Assembly: GCA_900320225.1 (NCBI GenBank)
Contig: ONRL01000015.1
Span: forward strand, 24,383 to 88,382
Reading direction: 5' to 3'
DNA length: 64,000 nt
Origin: an uncultured Lentisphaerota bacterium
Lineage (GTDB): Bacteria > Verrucomicrobiota > Kiritimatiellia > RFP12 > UBA1067
In this document: positions 32,813 to 43,416 of the stretch, piece by piece
Numbering within the stretch: position 1 is the first letter of the stretch
Layout of the letters: each line of letters starts with the position of its first letter
Made by a program: the position numbers and the translations under genes
Notes under the pieces: model-generated
Database searches by the model: none
Told to the model about the DNA's origin: nothing
The model's input: only the letters and a program-made list of their open reading frames with translations

Positions 32813-34504
32813 ATGGCTGAAACATCCAGATTGGCGCTCAACGTCCTCAAGGCGACCGGCCTCTATTCCGACGAGGCTCTCGCCCGCATTGCCGCGCAAC
32901 GCGAGGCGAACCCCGAAATGGGACTTGCGGAGGCAACGGTCAAGTTCGGCGGCGTGAAGGAGGCGGAGTTCCTCCAGAAAGTCGGCGACTTCCTTGGCTT
33001 CGCCTACGTTGACCTTGAGAAGGTGCAGCCGCGTCCGGACGTGCTTCAGAAACTGCCGGCGAGCGCCGTCTACAAGTACAACGCGATGCCGCTCCGGTTC
33101 GACGGCGGCGAGCTCACGGTGGCCGTGAGCGACCCGTTCTCGACGGTGGCGGGGGACGGCCTGCGCCTCGCGGCGGACTGTCCGGTGAAGACGGTCCTCG
33201 CGCCCGCGGAGGAGATCGACAAGGCGATCAAGAAGTTCTACGGCGTGGGCGCGGACGCGATCGAGAAGATGATCGAGGACGGCCGCTACGCGGTGGACGA
33301 CGAGGAAGGGTCCATCTCGAAGATCGACGTGGGGGCCGAGGGCGAGGAAGCCTCCATCGTCAAGTTCGTGAACCGGATCATCGCCGAGGCCGACCGCCAG
33401 GGCGCGACGGACATCCACATCGAGCCGCAGGAGACGGAGCTGCGCATCCGCTACCGCATCGACGGCATGCTGCACAAGGTGGACGTGCCGCCGCAGCTGA
33501 ACCGCCTCAAGAGCGCGATCATCTCCCGCATCAAGGTCATGGCGAACCTCGACATCGCCGAGAAGCGCCTCCCGATGGACGGCCGCATCGGCATCCGCCT
33601 CGGCGGCGAGGACATCGACATCCGCGTGTCCACCATGCCCGGCGCGTGGGGCGAGTCCATCTCCCTGCGTCTTCTCGCCAAGAGCGGCAACTTCGTGAAG
33701 ATGTGCGACCTCGGCTTCAACGACCGCGACTTCGCGGTGGTGGACAAGATCATCCGCCGCCCGAACGGCATCTTCCTCGTGACCGGCCCCACCGGCTCCG
33801 GAAAGTCCACCTCGCTCTACTCGTTCCTCCACGAGGTCAACACGATGGACGTGCGCATCCTCACGGCGGAGGACCCGATCGAGTACCAGATGGACGGCAT
33901 CATCCAGGTGCAGATGAACAAGGACATCGGCCTCGACTTCGCGCGCACGTTGCGCGCCTTCCTGCGCCAGGACCCCGACAAGATCATGGTGGGCGAGATC
34001 CGCGACCGCGAGACGGCCGAAATCGCCATCAACGCCTCGCTCACCGGCCACATGGTGTTCTCCACGCTCCACACGAACACCGCCGCCGGCGCCTTCCCGC
34101 GTCTCACCGACATGGGCGTGGAGCCGTTCCTCATCGCGTCCGCCGTCGCCGGCGTGATGGGCCAGCGCCTCTGCCGCCGCCTCTGCCAGAAATGCAAGCG
34201 CGAGGTGCCGCTCGACCGCAAGTACTACGACCTCTCGTACCCGCCGGAGAGGGACACGGTGTTCGAGCCGAACGGCTGCGACGCGTGCAGCCGCACGGGG
34301 TACAAGGGGCGCCGCGCGCTCTTCGAGGTGCTGGAGGTGGACGAGGAGATCGAGAGCGCCATCGTCAAGCGCGCGAACGCCACGCAGCTCCAGGAGATGT
34401 CGCTCGCGAAGGGCATGAAGACGCTGCGCGAGGATGGCTGGGCGAAGGTCTTCAAGGGCGTCACGTCCGTGACGGAGATCCGGCGCGTGACGGAGGACCA
34501 ATAG
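32813..34504 (+). CDS. gspE: type II secretion/type IV pilus assembly ATPase (GspE/PilB family)
   Basis: N-terminal T2SSE_N domain, Walker A VTGPTGSGKSTSL, Asp box, Walker B, tetracysteine motif CRRLCQKC...CDAC. Confidence 0.85.
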   Translation: MAETSRLALNVLKATGLYSDEALARIAAQREANPEMGLAEATVKFGGVKEAEFLQKVGDFLGFAYVDLEKVQPRPDVLQKLPASAVYKYNAMPLRFDGGELTVAVSDPFSTVAGDGLRLAADCPVKTVLAPAEEIDKAIKKFYGVGADAIEKMIEDGRYAVDDEEGSISKIDVGAEGEEASIVKFVNRIIAEADRQGATDIHIEPQETELRIRYRIDGMLHKVDVPPQLNRLKSAIISRIKVMANLDIAEKRLPMDGRIGIRLGGEDIDIRVSTMPGAWGESISLRLLAKSGNFVKMCDLGFNDRDFAVVDKIIRRPNGIFLVTGPTGSGKSTSLYSFLHEVNTMDVRILTAEDPIEYQMDGIIQVQMNKDIGLDFARTLRAFLRQDPDKIMVGEIRDRETAEIAINASLTGHMVFSTLHTNTAAGAFPRLTDMGVEPFLIASAVAGVMGQRLCRRLCQKCKREVPLDRKYYDLSYPPERDTVFEPNGCDACSRTGYKGRRALFEVLEVDEEIESAIVKRANATQLQEMSLAKGMKTLREDGWAKVFKGVTSVTEIRRVTEDQ

Positions 34505-34570
34505 ACGACTTCCCCTCCGGGTGGAGGGGGCTTTCTACGATAAACTCTAAACAGAAAGAAAAGAGAAGAA

Positions 34571-35594
34571 ATGAACTACAAGTACACCTGCCTGAACCCC
34601 ATTGCGGCGGTCGGGCTGAACAACCTGGACGACAGGTATGCGCGCACGGAGGACTTCGCGTCCGCCGACGCCGTGTTCGTGCGCAGCGCCAAGATGGACG
34701 AGATGGTCCCGGGCGCGAACCTCCTCGCCGTGGCCCGCGCGGGCGCCGGCGTGAACAACATTCCCCATGCGGAGTACGCGAAGAAGGGCATCGTGGTGTT
34801 CAACACCCCGGGCGCCAACGCGAACGGCGTGAAGGAGCTCGTGATCGCGGCCATGCTCCTCGCGAGCCGCGACATCGTGGGCGGCATTGAGTGGGTGAAG
34901 GCGAACGCGGCCGACGCCGCGATCAACAAGTCCGCCGAGAAGGCCAAGAAGGCCTTCGCCGGCACGGAGATCCAGGGCAAGAAGCTCGGCGTGATCGGCC
35001 TCGGCGCGATCGGCCAGAAGGTGGCGAACGCCGCCGTGCACTGCAAGAACGTGGAGGACATCTACCGCGCGTGCGACTTCATCACGATCCACGTGCCGGC
35101 GCTCGACTCCACGAAGGGCATGATCAACGCCGAGGCCCTCGCCATGATGAAGACCGGCGTGATCATCGTCAACGCCGCGCGCGACGCGCTCGTGAACGAG
35201 CCGGACATGCTCGCCGCCCTCGAGAGCGGCAAGGTGCGCAAGTACGTGAGCGACTTCCCGAACGCGACGACCGCCGGCAAGAAGGGCTGCATCGTGATCC
35301 CGCACCTCGGCGCCTCGACCGAAGAGGCCGAGGACAACTGCGCCGTGATGGCGGTGAAGGAGATGCGCGACTATCTCGAGAACGGGAACATCGTCAACTC
35401 CGTCAACTACCCCGCGTGCTCGCTCGGCCCCGCCAACAAGGCCGGCCGCGTGGCGATCTGCCACAAGAACGTGGCGAACATGATCGGCCAGTTCACGAGC
35501 ATCCTCGGCAACGCCGGGGTGAACATCGACGGCGGAGGTCGTGGACCAGCTCAAGAAGAGCGACGCCGTGATTCGCGTGCGCGTGATCAAGTAA
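34571..35594 (+). CDS. D-isomer-specific 2-hydroxyacid dehydrogenase (SerA/PGDH-like), apparent frameshift ~35525-35535 near the 3' end
   Basis: NAD-binding GLGAIGQKVA, catalytic-domain motifs. The natural-looking C-terminus (AEVVDQLKKSDAVIRVRVIK-stop at 35594) is in a different frame from the track ORF, which runs on as junk to 35635. Confidence 0.7.
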
Positions 35595-35607
35595 AGGAGG
35601 GCGGCGG

Positions 35608-36861
35608 ATGGCGGCATTCACCTACAAGGCCGTGACCAAGGACGGCAGGCGCGTGGACGGAACGGTCCAGGCCGCTAGCCGTTCGGAGGCGATGGCCGCC
35701 GTCCGCAAGCTCGGCCACACCCCGCTCTCGATCTCCGAGGCGGGCGGAGGCGCCGGCGACGAGAAAAAAAAGAAGAAGTCCGCCGGCGGCCTCTTCAAGA
35801 TGAAGTTCGGCCGCAAGGCCACGAACATGAAGCCCGTGGAGGTGCTGCTCTTCACGGGCGAGCTCGCCGACCTCCTCGAGGCCGGCATGACGCTCGGCCA
35901 GGCCCTCAGCTGCCTCGCCAACCAGGGCGAGGAGGATAGCGCGCAGCGCGCGATCTCGCAGGGCCTCTGCCAGGCGATCGTGAACGGCGAGGCGTTCTCG
36001 GACGCGATCCGGCGCTACCCCGAGACGTTCCCGCCGCTCTATTCGAACATGGTGCGCGCCGGCGAGTCGTCCGGCGCGATGACCGAGGTGCTGCGCCGCC
36101 TCGTGGACCACTACGAGCGCAACGACAACATGCGCGGCAAGATCAAGAGCGCGCTCTCCTACCCGATCGTGGTGCTCTGCTTCGGCGTGCTCGCCGTCAT
36201 CGCCGCGCTCGTGTGGATCATCCCGCAGTTCCAGAAGGTGTTTGACTCGATGGGCGCCGCGCTGCCGCTGCCCACCCGCATCCTCATCGGCATGAGCCAC
36301 GGCTTCAAGCGGTGGGGCTGGCTGATGGCGATCATCGTCGTGCTGCTCACGATCTGGTTCAAGAAATGGAAGAAGACGCCGTCCGGGCGCCTCCGCGTGG
36401 ACGGATGGAAGCTGAAGATGCCCCTCATCAAGGGCATCGTGGCGAACGGCGTCTACGCCTCCCTCGCCTTCACGCTGAAGACCCTGCTCTCGAACGGCGT
36501 CAACGTGCTCCAGGCGCTCAAGATCTCCGAGGAGACGTGCGGCAACGCCGTGATCGGCCAGGCCCTCGCCAACGCCCGCAAGCGCGTGACGGACGGCACG
36601 TCCATCTCCGGGCCGCTCGCGGCGTCCGGCGCGTTTCCGCGCATGATGACCGACATGCTCGCCGTCGGCGAGCAGGCCGGCAACATGACGGCCTCCCTCG
36701 ACCACATCGGCATGCGCTACCAGAAAGACATGGACCGCAACATCACGGCGTTCACGAACGCCCTTGAGCCGATCCTCATCGTCCTCATCGCCGCCGCCGT
36801 CGGCTTCGTCGCAATCGCCATCCTCATGGCCGTGTTCAACATGTCGAAGGCGCTCGGCTGA
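35608..36861 (+). CDS. gspF: type II secretion system inner-membrane platform protein (GspF/PilC family)
   Basis: two GspF repeats, three TM segments, ~417 aa, follows gspE; GGAGG RBS. Confidence 0.8.
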   Translation: MAAFTYKAVTKDGRRVDGTVQAASRSEAMAAVRKLGHTPLSISEAGGGAGDEKKKKKSAGGLFKMKFGRKATNMKPVEVLLFTGELADLLEAGMTLGQALSCLANQGEEDSAQRAISQGLCQAIVNGEAFSDAIRRYPETFPPLYSNMVRAGESSGAMTEVLRRLVDHYERNDNMRGKIKSALSYPIVVLCFGVLAVIAALVWIIPQFQKVFDSMGAALPLPTRILIGMSHGFKRWGWLMAIIVVLLTIWFKKWKKTPSGRLRVDGWKLKMPLIKGIVANGVYASLAFTLKTLLSNGVNVLQALKISEETCGNAVIGQALANARKRVTDGTSISGPLAASGAFPRMMTDMLAVGEQAGNMTASLDHIGMRYQKDMDRNITAFTNALEPILIVLIAAAVGFVAIAILMAVFNMSKALG

Positions 36862-36899
36862 CGCCCATTCCCTATCCAACAAGCAGAAAGGAACAAACC

Positions 36900-37319
36900 A
36901 TGAACAAACAGGAATCACGCACCGCGCGCGAGGCGCTCCGGCAGGGCTTCACCCTGATCGAAATCCTCGTGGTGGTGGCCATCATCGGCATGCTCGGCGC
37001 CGTCGCCGTGCCGGCGTACATGAGCTATCTCGCGGACGCCCGCGTCGCGACCACGCGGTCCCTCATCAGCAACGTGGACGTGGCCGTGAAGAGCTACAAC
37101 ATGAAACACGGCAAGTATCCCGCGTCGCTGGACGTGCTCACGCAGGAGCAGGCGGACGGCTCCGAGCCGTTGCTGGAGGGCGAGCCCGTCGACCCGTGGG
37201 GGAACGAGCTCCAGTACGAGCTGCAGGGCAAGAAGCGTCCCAAGATCACCTCGTACGGCCCCGACGGCGAGGCGGGCGGCGACGACGACATCACCAACTA
37301 CGACGAAAAGAAGAAATAG
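36900..37319 (+). CDS. gspG: major pseudopilin (GspG-like), prepilin-type N-terminal cleavage/methylation domain
   Basis: QGFTLIEILVVVAIIGMLGAVAVP (G-FTLIE motif), 139 aa. Confidence 0.8.
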   Translation: MNKQESRTAREALRQGFTLIEILVVVAIIGMLGAVAVPAYMSYLADARVATTRSLISNVDVAVKSYNMKHGKYPASLDVLTQEQADGSEPLLEGEPVDPWGNELQYELQGKKRPKITSYGPDGEAGGDDDITNYDEKKK

Positions 37320-37355
37320 CGGGCGGCGCATCACCGTCCTTCCTGGATCACGCCC

Positions 37356-38195
37356 ATGAAACGCAGTGCCGGCTTCACGCTGATTGAGATATTGATCGTC
37401 GTGGCCATCATCTGCGTGATGCTGGCCTCGGCGGTCACGAGCGTCGCGTCCGGTCGCGACGCCGCTCGTGCGCGCGCCGCGGCCCGCGGCGTGGCGCAGA
37501 TGTCGCACTACGCCAACGCCCTCGCGATCCTCCGCCAGCGCCCCGCCGTGATCAGCTTCTCCGGAAACTCGATCACCGTGCAGCTCAGCGGCGAGGGCGT
37601 CGATACGAGCGAAGTCGGCTCGCCCGCCCCGCCCATCTACCAGGAAGTGAACGGCGAGAAGGTCGAGGCGCTTCTGGACGAGACGGAAGACGCCGAAGGG
37701 ACCTCGGCCGACGGCGCGCCGGAAGGAGAAGGCGACGCGAAACCGGTGAAGAAGTCCGGCTACCTGTTCACGGAGGACATCCTCGACCTCGATGAACTGG
37801 CCAAGGAAGACGCCACCCGAACGTACGAGGGCATCCTGTTCCGGGTCGAGCTGGTGGACGAGAACGGGCTGGCGCTGGATTCGCTGACGACGACGCAGCT
37901 CCGCAGCGAGGCCGACGCCCTGCTCACGAAGCGCCGCCCGGCCGGTGCGGCATGGTCCAACACGTCCGGGGAAATCGATCTCGGCGCGTCGGGCGACGAC
38001 GAGGAGAAGCCCGAGGTTCGCCCCGAGAACGAAGGGCGCGTCATCTACGAGACGAACGGCAACTGCGCGCCCTACCGCGTCACCCTGTTCGCGGCGACGG
38101 AGGAGAACGAAGAAGGCGAGGAGCTGATGACCGTGAACGTGTCGCGTTCGGGCAAGGTCACCATCGGGGACGAGGAGGATTCGAGACGCCGATGA
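37356..38195 (+). CDS. minor pseudopilin (GspH-like) with acidic C-terminal extension
   Basis: SAGFTLIEILIVVAIICVMLA prepilin N-terminus. Confidence 0.55.
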   Translation: MKRSAGFTLIEILIVVAIICVMLASAVTSVASGRDAARARAAARGVAQMSHYANALAILRQRPAVISFSGNSITVQLSGEGVDTSEVGSPAPPIYQEVNGEKVEALLDETEDAEGTSADGAPEGEGDAKPVKKSGYLFTEDILDLDELAKEDATRTYEGILFRVELVDENGLALDSLTTTQLRSEADALLTKRRPAGAAWSNTSGEIDLGASGDDEEKPEVRPENEGRVIYETNGNCAPYRVTLFAATEENEEGEELMTVNVSRSGKVTIGDEEDSRRR

Positions 38196-38680
38196 GCGCG
38201 CGGGCGGACAGATCGGGTTTCACGCTCCTCGAGGTGATGATCGCCACGATCATCCTCTCCATCGGCCTCGTCGTGCTCCTGACGAGCTTCTCGAACTGCC
38301 AGAAGGTCATGAAGGCGTCGCAGGACCACGAAACCGCCCAGTACGTGCTCTCGCTCGGCGAGACGGTCTATCCCATTCCCTCGCCCGACCTCGTCACGGG
38401 CGATCCGCTGGAGGACGAACAGCTGAACATCCAGGAGACCTCGGCCGAGGACCTGCTCGATGAACTGGACCTGCCCTCGTCCGAGTTGCCGAAGGACCGC
38501 CGCGACGAACTGTCCTCGTACACGTTCGAACGTGCCGTGGACGAGGTCGACGACGAAGAGCTCGAACGCGCCGGCTTCCTCTACACGCTCCGCACGCGCG
38601 TCCGCTGGGGCAGCACGCGCCTGCGCGACGAGGAGCGTCCCAAGCTGGAGGTCCTCACGCTGTGGAGGAAGAAGAAGTGA
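38192..38680 (+). CDS. minor pseudopilin (GspI-like)
   Basis: RSGFTLLEVMIATIILSIGLVVL; ATGA overlap with upstream stop. Confidence 0.6.
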   Translation: MSARADRSGFTLLEVMIATIILSIGLVVLLTSFSNCQKVMKASQDHETAQYVLSLGETVYPIPSPDLVTGDPLEDEQLNIQETSAEDLLDELDLPSSELPKDRRDELSSYTFERAVDEVDDEELERAGFLYTLRTRVRWGSTRLRDEERPKLEVLTLWRKKK

Positions 38681-39594
38681 GGCGCGGGTTCACCATGATC
38701 GAGATGCTGCTCGCCATCATGATCCTCGCGATCATGACGATCGTCAGCACGATGGTGTTCCACACCGTCGTGCGCAACTGGACGCTCGCGACGGACATGG
38801 CCGACAACATGCAGCGCGTGGACTACGTCACCGCGCAGGTCGTCTATGCCCTCCGCAGCGCCTACTTCCCCACGAGCGGCGAAACGACCAACGCAGACGG
38901 CTTCTCGCTGTTTGACGGAAACGAGAACAACGACCCCGAAGAATCCGACACCATCAGCTGGACGAAGCTCGGCCCGGCGATCGTCGGGCGCAACTCCCGC
39001 TTCGCGCGTTCGCCCCACCGGGTGACGCTGTTCGTCCGGTCCGAAAGAGATGCCGACGAGGAGCATCCCGCCGGCCTGATCGCCCAGGTGATCGGCGAGG
39101 ACAAGTTCCGCCCGGACGACTTCGACGAGGAAGACGAGAACAACTGGGACTGGTTCCTGCTCGGGTCGCAGGTTCAGGGCTTCAACTGCCGCGTGCTCGA
39201 CAAAGACGAACCTTTCAGCAGCGGAATGGCCAACTGGCAGGACACGTGGGACACCTCAAACTGCATCCCGCGGCGCGTGCAGCTTACGTTCTGGATGAAG
39301 CCGATCGACGAGGACAAGGATCCCTATCCCGTCGTGCGCGTGCTGGACATCCCGCTTTGGGACATCTCCCAGAATCCGCTGAAAACCGATTCAACCGCGA
39401 AAGACGACGGTAGAGGGGGCAAGAAAACGAGCGGCGGCAAAGGTGGTTCAAGTGGAGGCAAGAGTGATGCCGGTGGCGGCAAGACGCCCGGCCCCGGCGG
39501 CGGCGGCAGTATGCCGGGCCCCGGCGGTGGCAGAATGCCCGGCCCGGGCGGCGGAGGGCCCGGTCCCGGTGGCGGGGGAGGGCCGATGCCATGA
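38662..39594 (+). CDS. minor pseudopilin (GspJ-like) with Gly-rich C-terminal tail; alternative GTG start at 38677
   Basis: RRGFTMIEMLLAIMILAIMTIV; C-terminal GGKGGSSGGKSDAGGGKTPGPGGGG low-complexity region. Confidence 0.55.
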   Translation: MEEEEVRRGFTMIEMLLAIMILAIMTIVSTMVFHTVVRNWTLATDMADNMQRVDYVTAQVVYALRSAYFPTSGETTNADGFSLFDGNENNDPEESDTISWTKLGPAIVGRNSRFARSPHRVTLFVRSERDADEEHPAGLIAQVIGEDKFRPDDFDEEDENNWDWFLLGSQVQGFNCRVLDKDEPFSSGMANWQDTWDTSNCIPRRVQLTFWMKPIDEDKDPYPVVRVLDIPLWDISQNPLKTDSTAKDDGRGGKKTSGGKGGSSGGKSDAGGGKTPGPGGGGSMPGPGGGRMPGPGGGGPGPGGGGGPMP

Positions 39595-40844
39595 GAAGAT
39601 CGTCACGTAAAGGCAGCGCGCTCGTGGCCGTGATCTGGCTCTTGGCGGTGTTGTCCATCCTCATCGCGAGCTATGCGGTCGACGCGCATCTCCAGACGCG
39701 CATCAACATCTACCTCCGCGAGCGCGTCACGGTGGACCACCTGACGGAGGCGGGCCTCGCCATCGCCGAGGTCATTCTCACGGACTACCAGAACGTGTCG
39801 GAGGCGGCCTCGGACTCCGAGCTCGAGGAGAAGCTTGAAGATGACCGCTGGTACACGGAGAAACTTTCGCTCAAGTCGCAGGGCGGAAAGGAAGTGACGA
39901 CGGGGGCCGTCCCCGTCGATGCGTTGAACCCCAACGGAGGCACCGTCTCCGTGACCATTCGTCCAATCGAGTCAAAACTCAACATCAACAACCTTTACGC
40001 CGGCGGCGACCAGAACTTCGGCGAAATCTGGATGCGCATCCTCGCCGTGAGCGGTATTCCCAAGGACTACTGGGACGGCATCGTCAACGGTTGGTGCGAT
40101 TGGCGCGACACGGACGGGACGACGACCGGCGGGGCTCGTTCGGAGAACGCGGGCGCGGAGAACGACTTCTACACTGACGCCTACCAGGATTTCGTCGACG
40201 GGCGCGACGTGGAGAAGAACAAGAACTACAAGCCCAAGGCGCGCGACGGCGAGATCGTCGACATCGAGGAGCTCAAGGCGATCAAGGGTTTCAACGAGTA
40301 CGACGAGAAGCCGATCAACGCGGACGCCATCCTGAACGGCGGCGTGCTGAACCCCGCCGAGGACGAGAAGGACCAGATCGTCGTGACAAACGGCATCAGC
40401 GCGTTCTTCTCCCTCTATGGCAGCGGAAAAATCAACGTCAATGCCGTGAAGGACCCGCGCGTCCTTGCCGTCATCCCCGGCATTTTCCAGGGCAACCCCG
40501 ACGACCAGCGCGCCGACGACGTCGAGGAGGCCATGGCCATCGCCCAGAAAATCATCGAGTTGCGCGAAACCCTTCCAACTGACGGGAAAAGCCCCTTGAT
40601 TTCCTCGTCCGACGAGGAGAACGACACGGGCGCCTACAAGGATTTCAACAATCTGCAGATGCGTCTGCAAGACGTGGGGTTGGATATCCAGAATGACGCT
40701 TCGAACTATCTTTCCTTCCAGCCAGACAAGTTCTTCGAGATCACGATCATCGGCAAGTCGTTTGGCATCGTGCACAAGATCGTCGCCGTTGCGCTCGTTG
40801 ACGGCGACAAGGTGCGCTACCTCCGTTGGCAGGAGGATCCGTGA
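39591..40844 (+). CDS. minor pseudopilin GspK-like
   Basis: RKGSALVAVIWLLAVLSILIASYAV N-terminus characteristic of GspK; ~417 aa; ATGA overlap. Confidence 0.6.
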   Translation: MRRSSRKGSALVAVIWLLAVLSILIASYAVDAHLQTRINIYLRERVTVDHLTEAGLAIAEVILTDYQNVSEAASDSELEEKLEDDRWYTEKLSLKSQGGKEVTTGAVPVDALNPNGGTVSVTIRPIESKLNINNLYAGGDQNFGEIWMRILAVSGIPKDYWDGIVNGWCDWRDTDGTTTGGARSENAGAENDFYTDAYQDFVDGRDVEKNKNYKPKARDGEIVDIEELKAIKGFNEYDEKPINADAILNGGVLNPAEDEKDQIVVTNGISAFFSLYGSGKINVNAVKDPRVLAVIPGIFQGNPDDQRADDVEEAMAIAQKIIELRETLPTDGKSPLISSSDEENDTGAYKDFNNLQMRLQDVGLDIQNDASNYLSFQPDKFFEITIIGKSFGIVHKIVAVALVDGDKVRYLRWQEDP

Positions 40845-41602
40845 CGGAAATAATCTGGTTCATAATAATCTGGGGCATCATACACTGGATTCGGTCTGTC
40901 CTCGAACAGCGGCGGATAGAACAAGGGCAGGCGGCAAGGCGCGTGCAGTCCGAATACGTCAAGGGGCGGATACTTGAATGCTTCAGCAGGATGCTGGCGT
41001 TCGTCTCAAAGGCAGACGGAAGGATCAGCAAGTGCGAGGTTGACGTTGCCAGCCAATGCCTCAAGTCCCTTGGCATTTCGGAAACGGAGTATCGGCGATG
41101 CGTGGAGGCCTTCAACGGCATGCGCGATTTCTCGCTGGAGGCATTCCGCAGGTGCGCGGCGGATCTGGTCGCGATCACGACAAATGAAGTCTGTACGTTG
41201 ATTTATGAAATGCTCTGGATTGTGGCGGCGGCCGACGGTACGCTTGACGCACGCGAAGACGACCTGCTGCGTAACGCGACCGGGCCGCTGGGAATAGACG
41301 GGGGCTTCTACTACCATTTCAAGCGCAGGTATTTCGGATTCGGCGGCGCAGGCGGCTCGGGTGGCGCAGGCGGAGGATGTCAGCACGATTCAGAGCTCGA
41401 AAAGGCATACGCAAGATTGGGATGCTCGGCGTCCGACTCCAACGACGCAGTGAAAGCCGCCTTCCGCAAGGCGGCGATGCGGTATCACCCCGACCGTCTC
41501 AGGGCAGAGGGACTGCCGGAAGGCATGGTCGCGCAGGCAACGCGGTCAATGGCGGAAATCAACGCCGCCTGGGATGTCGTCAGGAAGGCGCGCGGCCTCT
41601 AA
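40841..41602 (+). CDS. djlA: co-chaperone DjlA-like: N-terminal TM helix, TerB-like domain, C-terminal J domain
   Basis: J-domain with HPD (AFRKAAMRYHPDRL); GTGA overlap with gspK-like stop; Gly-rich linker. Confidence 0.65.
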   Translation: MTEIIWFIIIWGIIHWIRSVLEQRRIEQGQAARRVQSEYVKGRILECFSRMLAFVSKADGRISKCEVDVASQCLKSLGISETEYRRCVEAFNGMRDFSLEAFRRCAADLVAITTNEVCTLIYEMLWIVAAADGTLDAREDDLLRNATGPLGIDGGFYYHFKRRYFGFGGAGGSGGAGGGCQHDSELEKAYARLGCSASDSNDAVKAAFRKAAMRYHPDRLRAEGLPEGMVAQATRSMAEINAAWDVVRKARGL

Positions 41603-41793
41603 CCCCCTCGGCGCCGAGCGTCGCGCCCACTATTGCTTTCATGTCAAGTATCCTACCAAACCCGCCCCTGGGCGTGCAGGAGGTTGAAATCCACTGCGTA
41701 TGAGCCAAGGACCGCTTGCACTTTCACTATAAATAGTGTGTCATGCCGCAAACGGTTCCAAGGCAGAACCTGCAAACGCATAAGGAGGACAAC

Positions 41794-41859
41794 ATGAAAA
41801 TTCTGATAACGGTCGTAACTCTCGCACTTTTGCTGTCCGGGTGCGTCTCCATCGGCTAG
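41794..41859 (+). CDS. putative 21-aa small lipoprotein/peptide (MKILITVVTLALLLSGCVSIG)
   Basis: AAGGAGG RBS 6 nt upstream of ATG; lipobox LLSGC; too short for the ORF track. Confidence 0.3.
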   Translation: MKILITVVTLALLLSGCVSIG

Positions 41860-41992
41860 TCCGATCTACGAGCCCAAAGCGGGTGGCCCCCCTCGGGGAA
41901 GCGGCACTCTTGCCGCTTCTCCTGGTAGTTATACACCCGCGTAGCCGCGTGGGGAGGTACCAAGTCATGGAACAATCCAAAGGAGGAAACGA

Positions 41993-42820
41993 ATGGCAGA
42001 CCTTTTTGAAGTGAATGGCGCGAAATGCGTCTCATGCGGCGCATGCGTGCGCGACTGCGCCTTCCGTGCGCTCAAAATGGAGGATGGCGCGCCGCGCATG
42101 GCCTTCCCGGACCGGTGCATGAAATGCCAGCACTGCCTCGCGGTGTGCCCCATGGGCGCCGTCACGTTCGACGGGAAGCGTCCGGAGGACTCCGTGCCGG
42201 TCTACGGCTTGCCACTGCCGAGCCTCGAGTCTGTCGAGAACTGGCTCCGCACCCGCCGCTCCATGCGGTATTTCGCCGACGAGGACGTCGAGCGCGCCAC
42301 GCTTTCGCGCATCCTCTCCGCGCTCGGCAACGCGCCCACCGGCTGCAACGCGCGCGCGCTCACGTTCACGTGCTTCCCCACGCGCGCGTCGATGGATGGC
42401 TTCCGCCGCGATTTCATCTCCGTAATCGAACGCCACCGCAACGGCGCGAAGCTCCTGCCGCGCTGGCTGGCCGTGCCCGCGATCCGCCTGCGCAACGGAG
42501 AGGACGACATGTTCTTCCGCGAGGCAAGCGGGATGCTCGTCGTTTCATCCGACGATACCGCGCCCGGCGTGGCCACGCCGCTCGAGGACGTCACGATCGC
42601 GTGCGCGCAATTCGAGATGCTGGCCAATGCGGCGGGCATCGCCACATGCTGGTGCGGCTTCCTCAAGATGGTGCAGCAGGAAATCCCCGAACTGCTGGAG
42701 CAGACGATCGGCCTTCGCCGCACGGCGCCATTCTACGCGATGCTCTTCGGCCGCCCCGCCGTGCGCTACGCGCGCGGCGTCCAGCGCGATTCCTACGCCC
42801 GCATCGACTTCCGCGGATGA
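41993..42820 (+). CDS. 4Fe-4S ferredoxin domain fused to nitroreductase-family domain
   Basis: CVSCGACVRDC...CMKCQHCLAVCP dicluster motifs; nitroreductase fold C-terminal part; AAAGGAGG RBS. Confidence 0.7.
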   Translation: MADLFEVNGAKCVSCGACVRDCAFRALKMEDGAPRMAFPDRCMKCQHCLAVCPMGAVTFDGKRPEDSVPVYGLPLPSLESVENWLRTRRSMRYFADEDVERATLSRILSALGNAPTGCNARALTFTCFPTRASMDGFRRDFISVIERHRNGAKLLPRWLAVPAIRLRNGEDDMFFREASGMLVVSSDDTAPGVATPLEDVTIACAQFEMLANAAGIATCWCGFLKMVQQEIPELLEQTIGLRRTAPFYAMLFGRPAVRYARGVQRDSYARIDFRG

Positions 42821-42829
42821 CTAACTGGC

Positions 42830-43016
42830 TCCCCCGGGAGGGTCGCAGTTTACTGCGACCGCCAACTGGGACCGCCACCCCGGGAGGGTCGCGCTCCTGC
42901 GCGACCGCTCGGCGTTCCATCGCCGTCAGCGGCTCGGCGAGACGCCTCGCCCCACCGCTCCCCGGGAGGGTCGCGCTCCTGCGCGACCGCATGGGATCGC
43001 CGCCATCTTGGCGGCG
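42830..43016. repeat. BIME-like cluster: three REP-A copies (42832, 42878, 42961), a GGCGAGacgCCTCGCC palindrome and palindrome E (GCCGCCATCTTGGCGGCG)
   Basis: direct reading; same units recur at 44625-44790 and 46900-47170. Confidence 0.85.
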
Positions 43017-43113
43017 CCCCGCATTGAATCTTCATCACACACCATCTTCTATCCTTGCAACTACGCCAAAAAACTGCTAAAATATAAGATGTTGAAGCCC
43101 ACAAAAGTATCTC

Positions 43114-43416
43114 ATGAGACCGAAAAAGACAATCCTGCTGCCCAAGGCGGCCAAATCCCTTCAGATTCTGGGACAGAACCTGAAGTTCGCCCGCATCCGC
43201 AGGCGCATCTCCGCCGCCATGATGTGTGAGCGTGCGGGCATCAGCCATGCGACCTTGACTGCCATTGAGCAAGGCAAGCCTTCCGTGTCAATGGCGGGTT
43301 ACATGTCAGTCCTCTTCTGCCTTAACATGCACGCGGACATTGAGAAGGTCGCCTCGGACGATGTCCTGGGACGCGAACTGCAGGACCTGCAGCTCCCAAA
43401 GAGGGTCCATTCATGA
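43114..43416 (+). CDS. hipB: HTH XRE-family antitoxin (HipB-like)
   Basis: helix-turn-helix SAAMMCERAGISHATLTAIEQGK; ATGA overlap with hipA-like start. Confidence 0.7.
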   Translation: MRPKKTILLPKAAKSLQILGQNLKFARIRRRISAAMMCERAGISHATLTAIEQGKPSVSMAGYMSVLFCLNMHADIEKVASDDVLGRELQDLQLPKRVHS

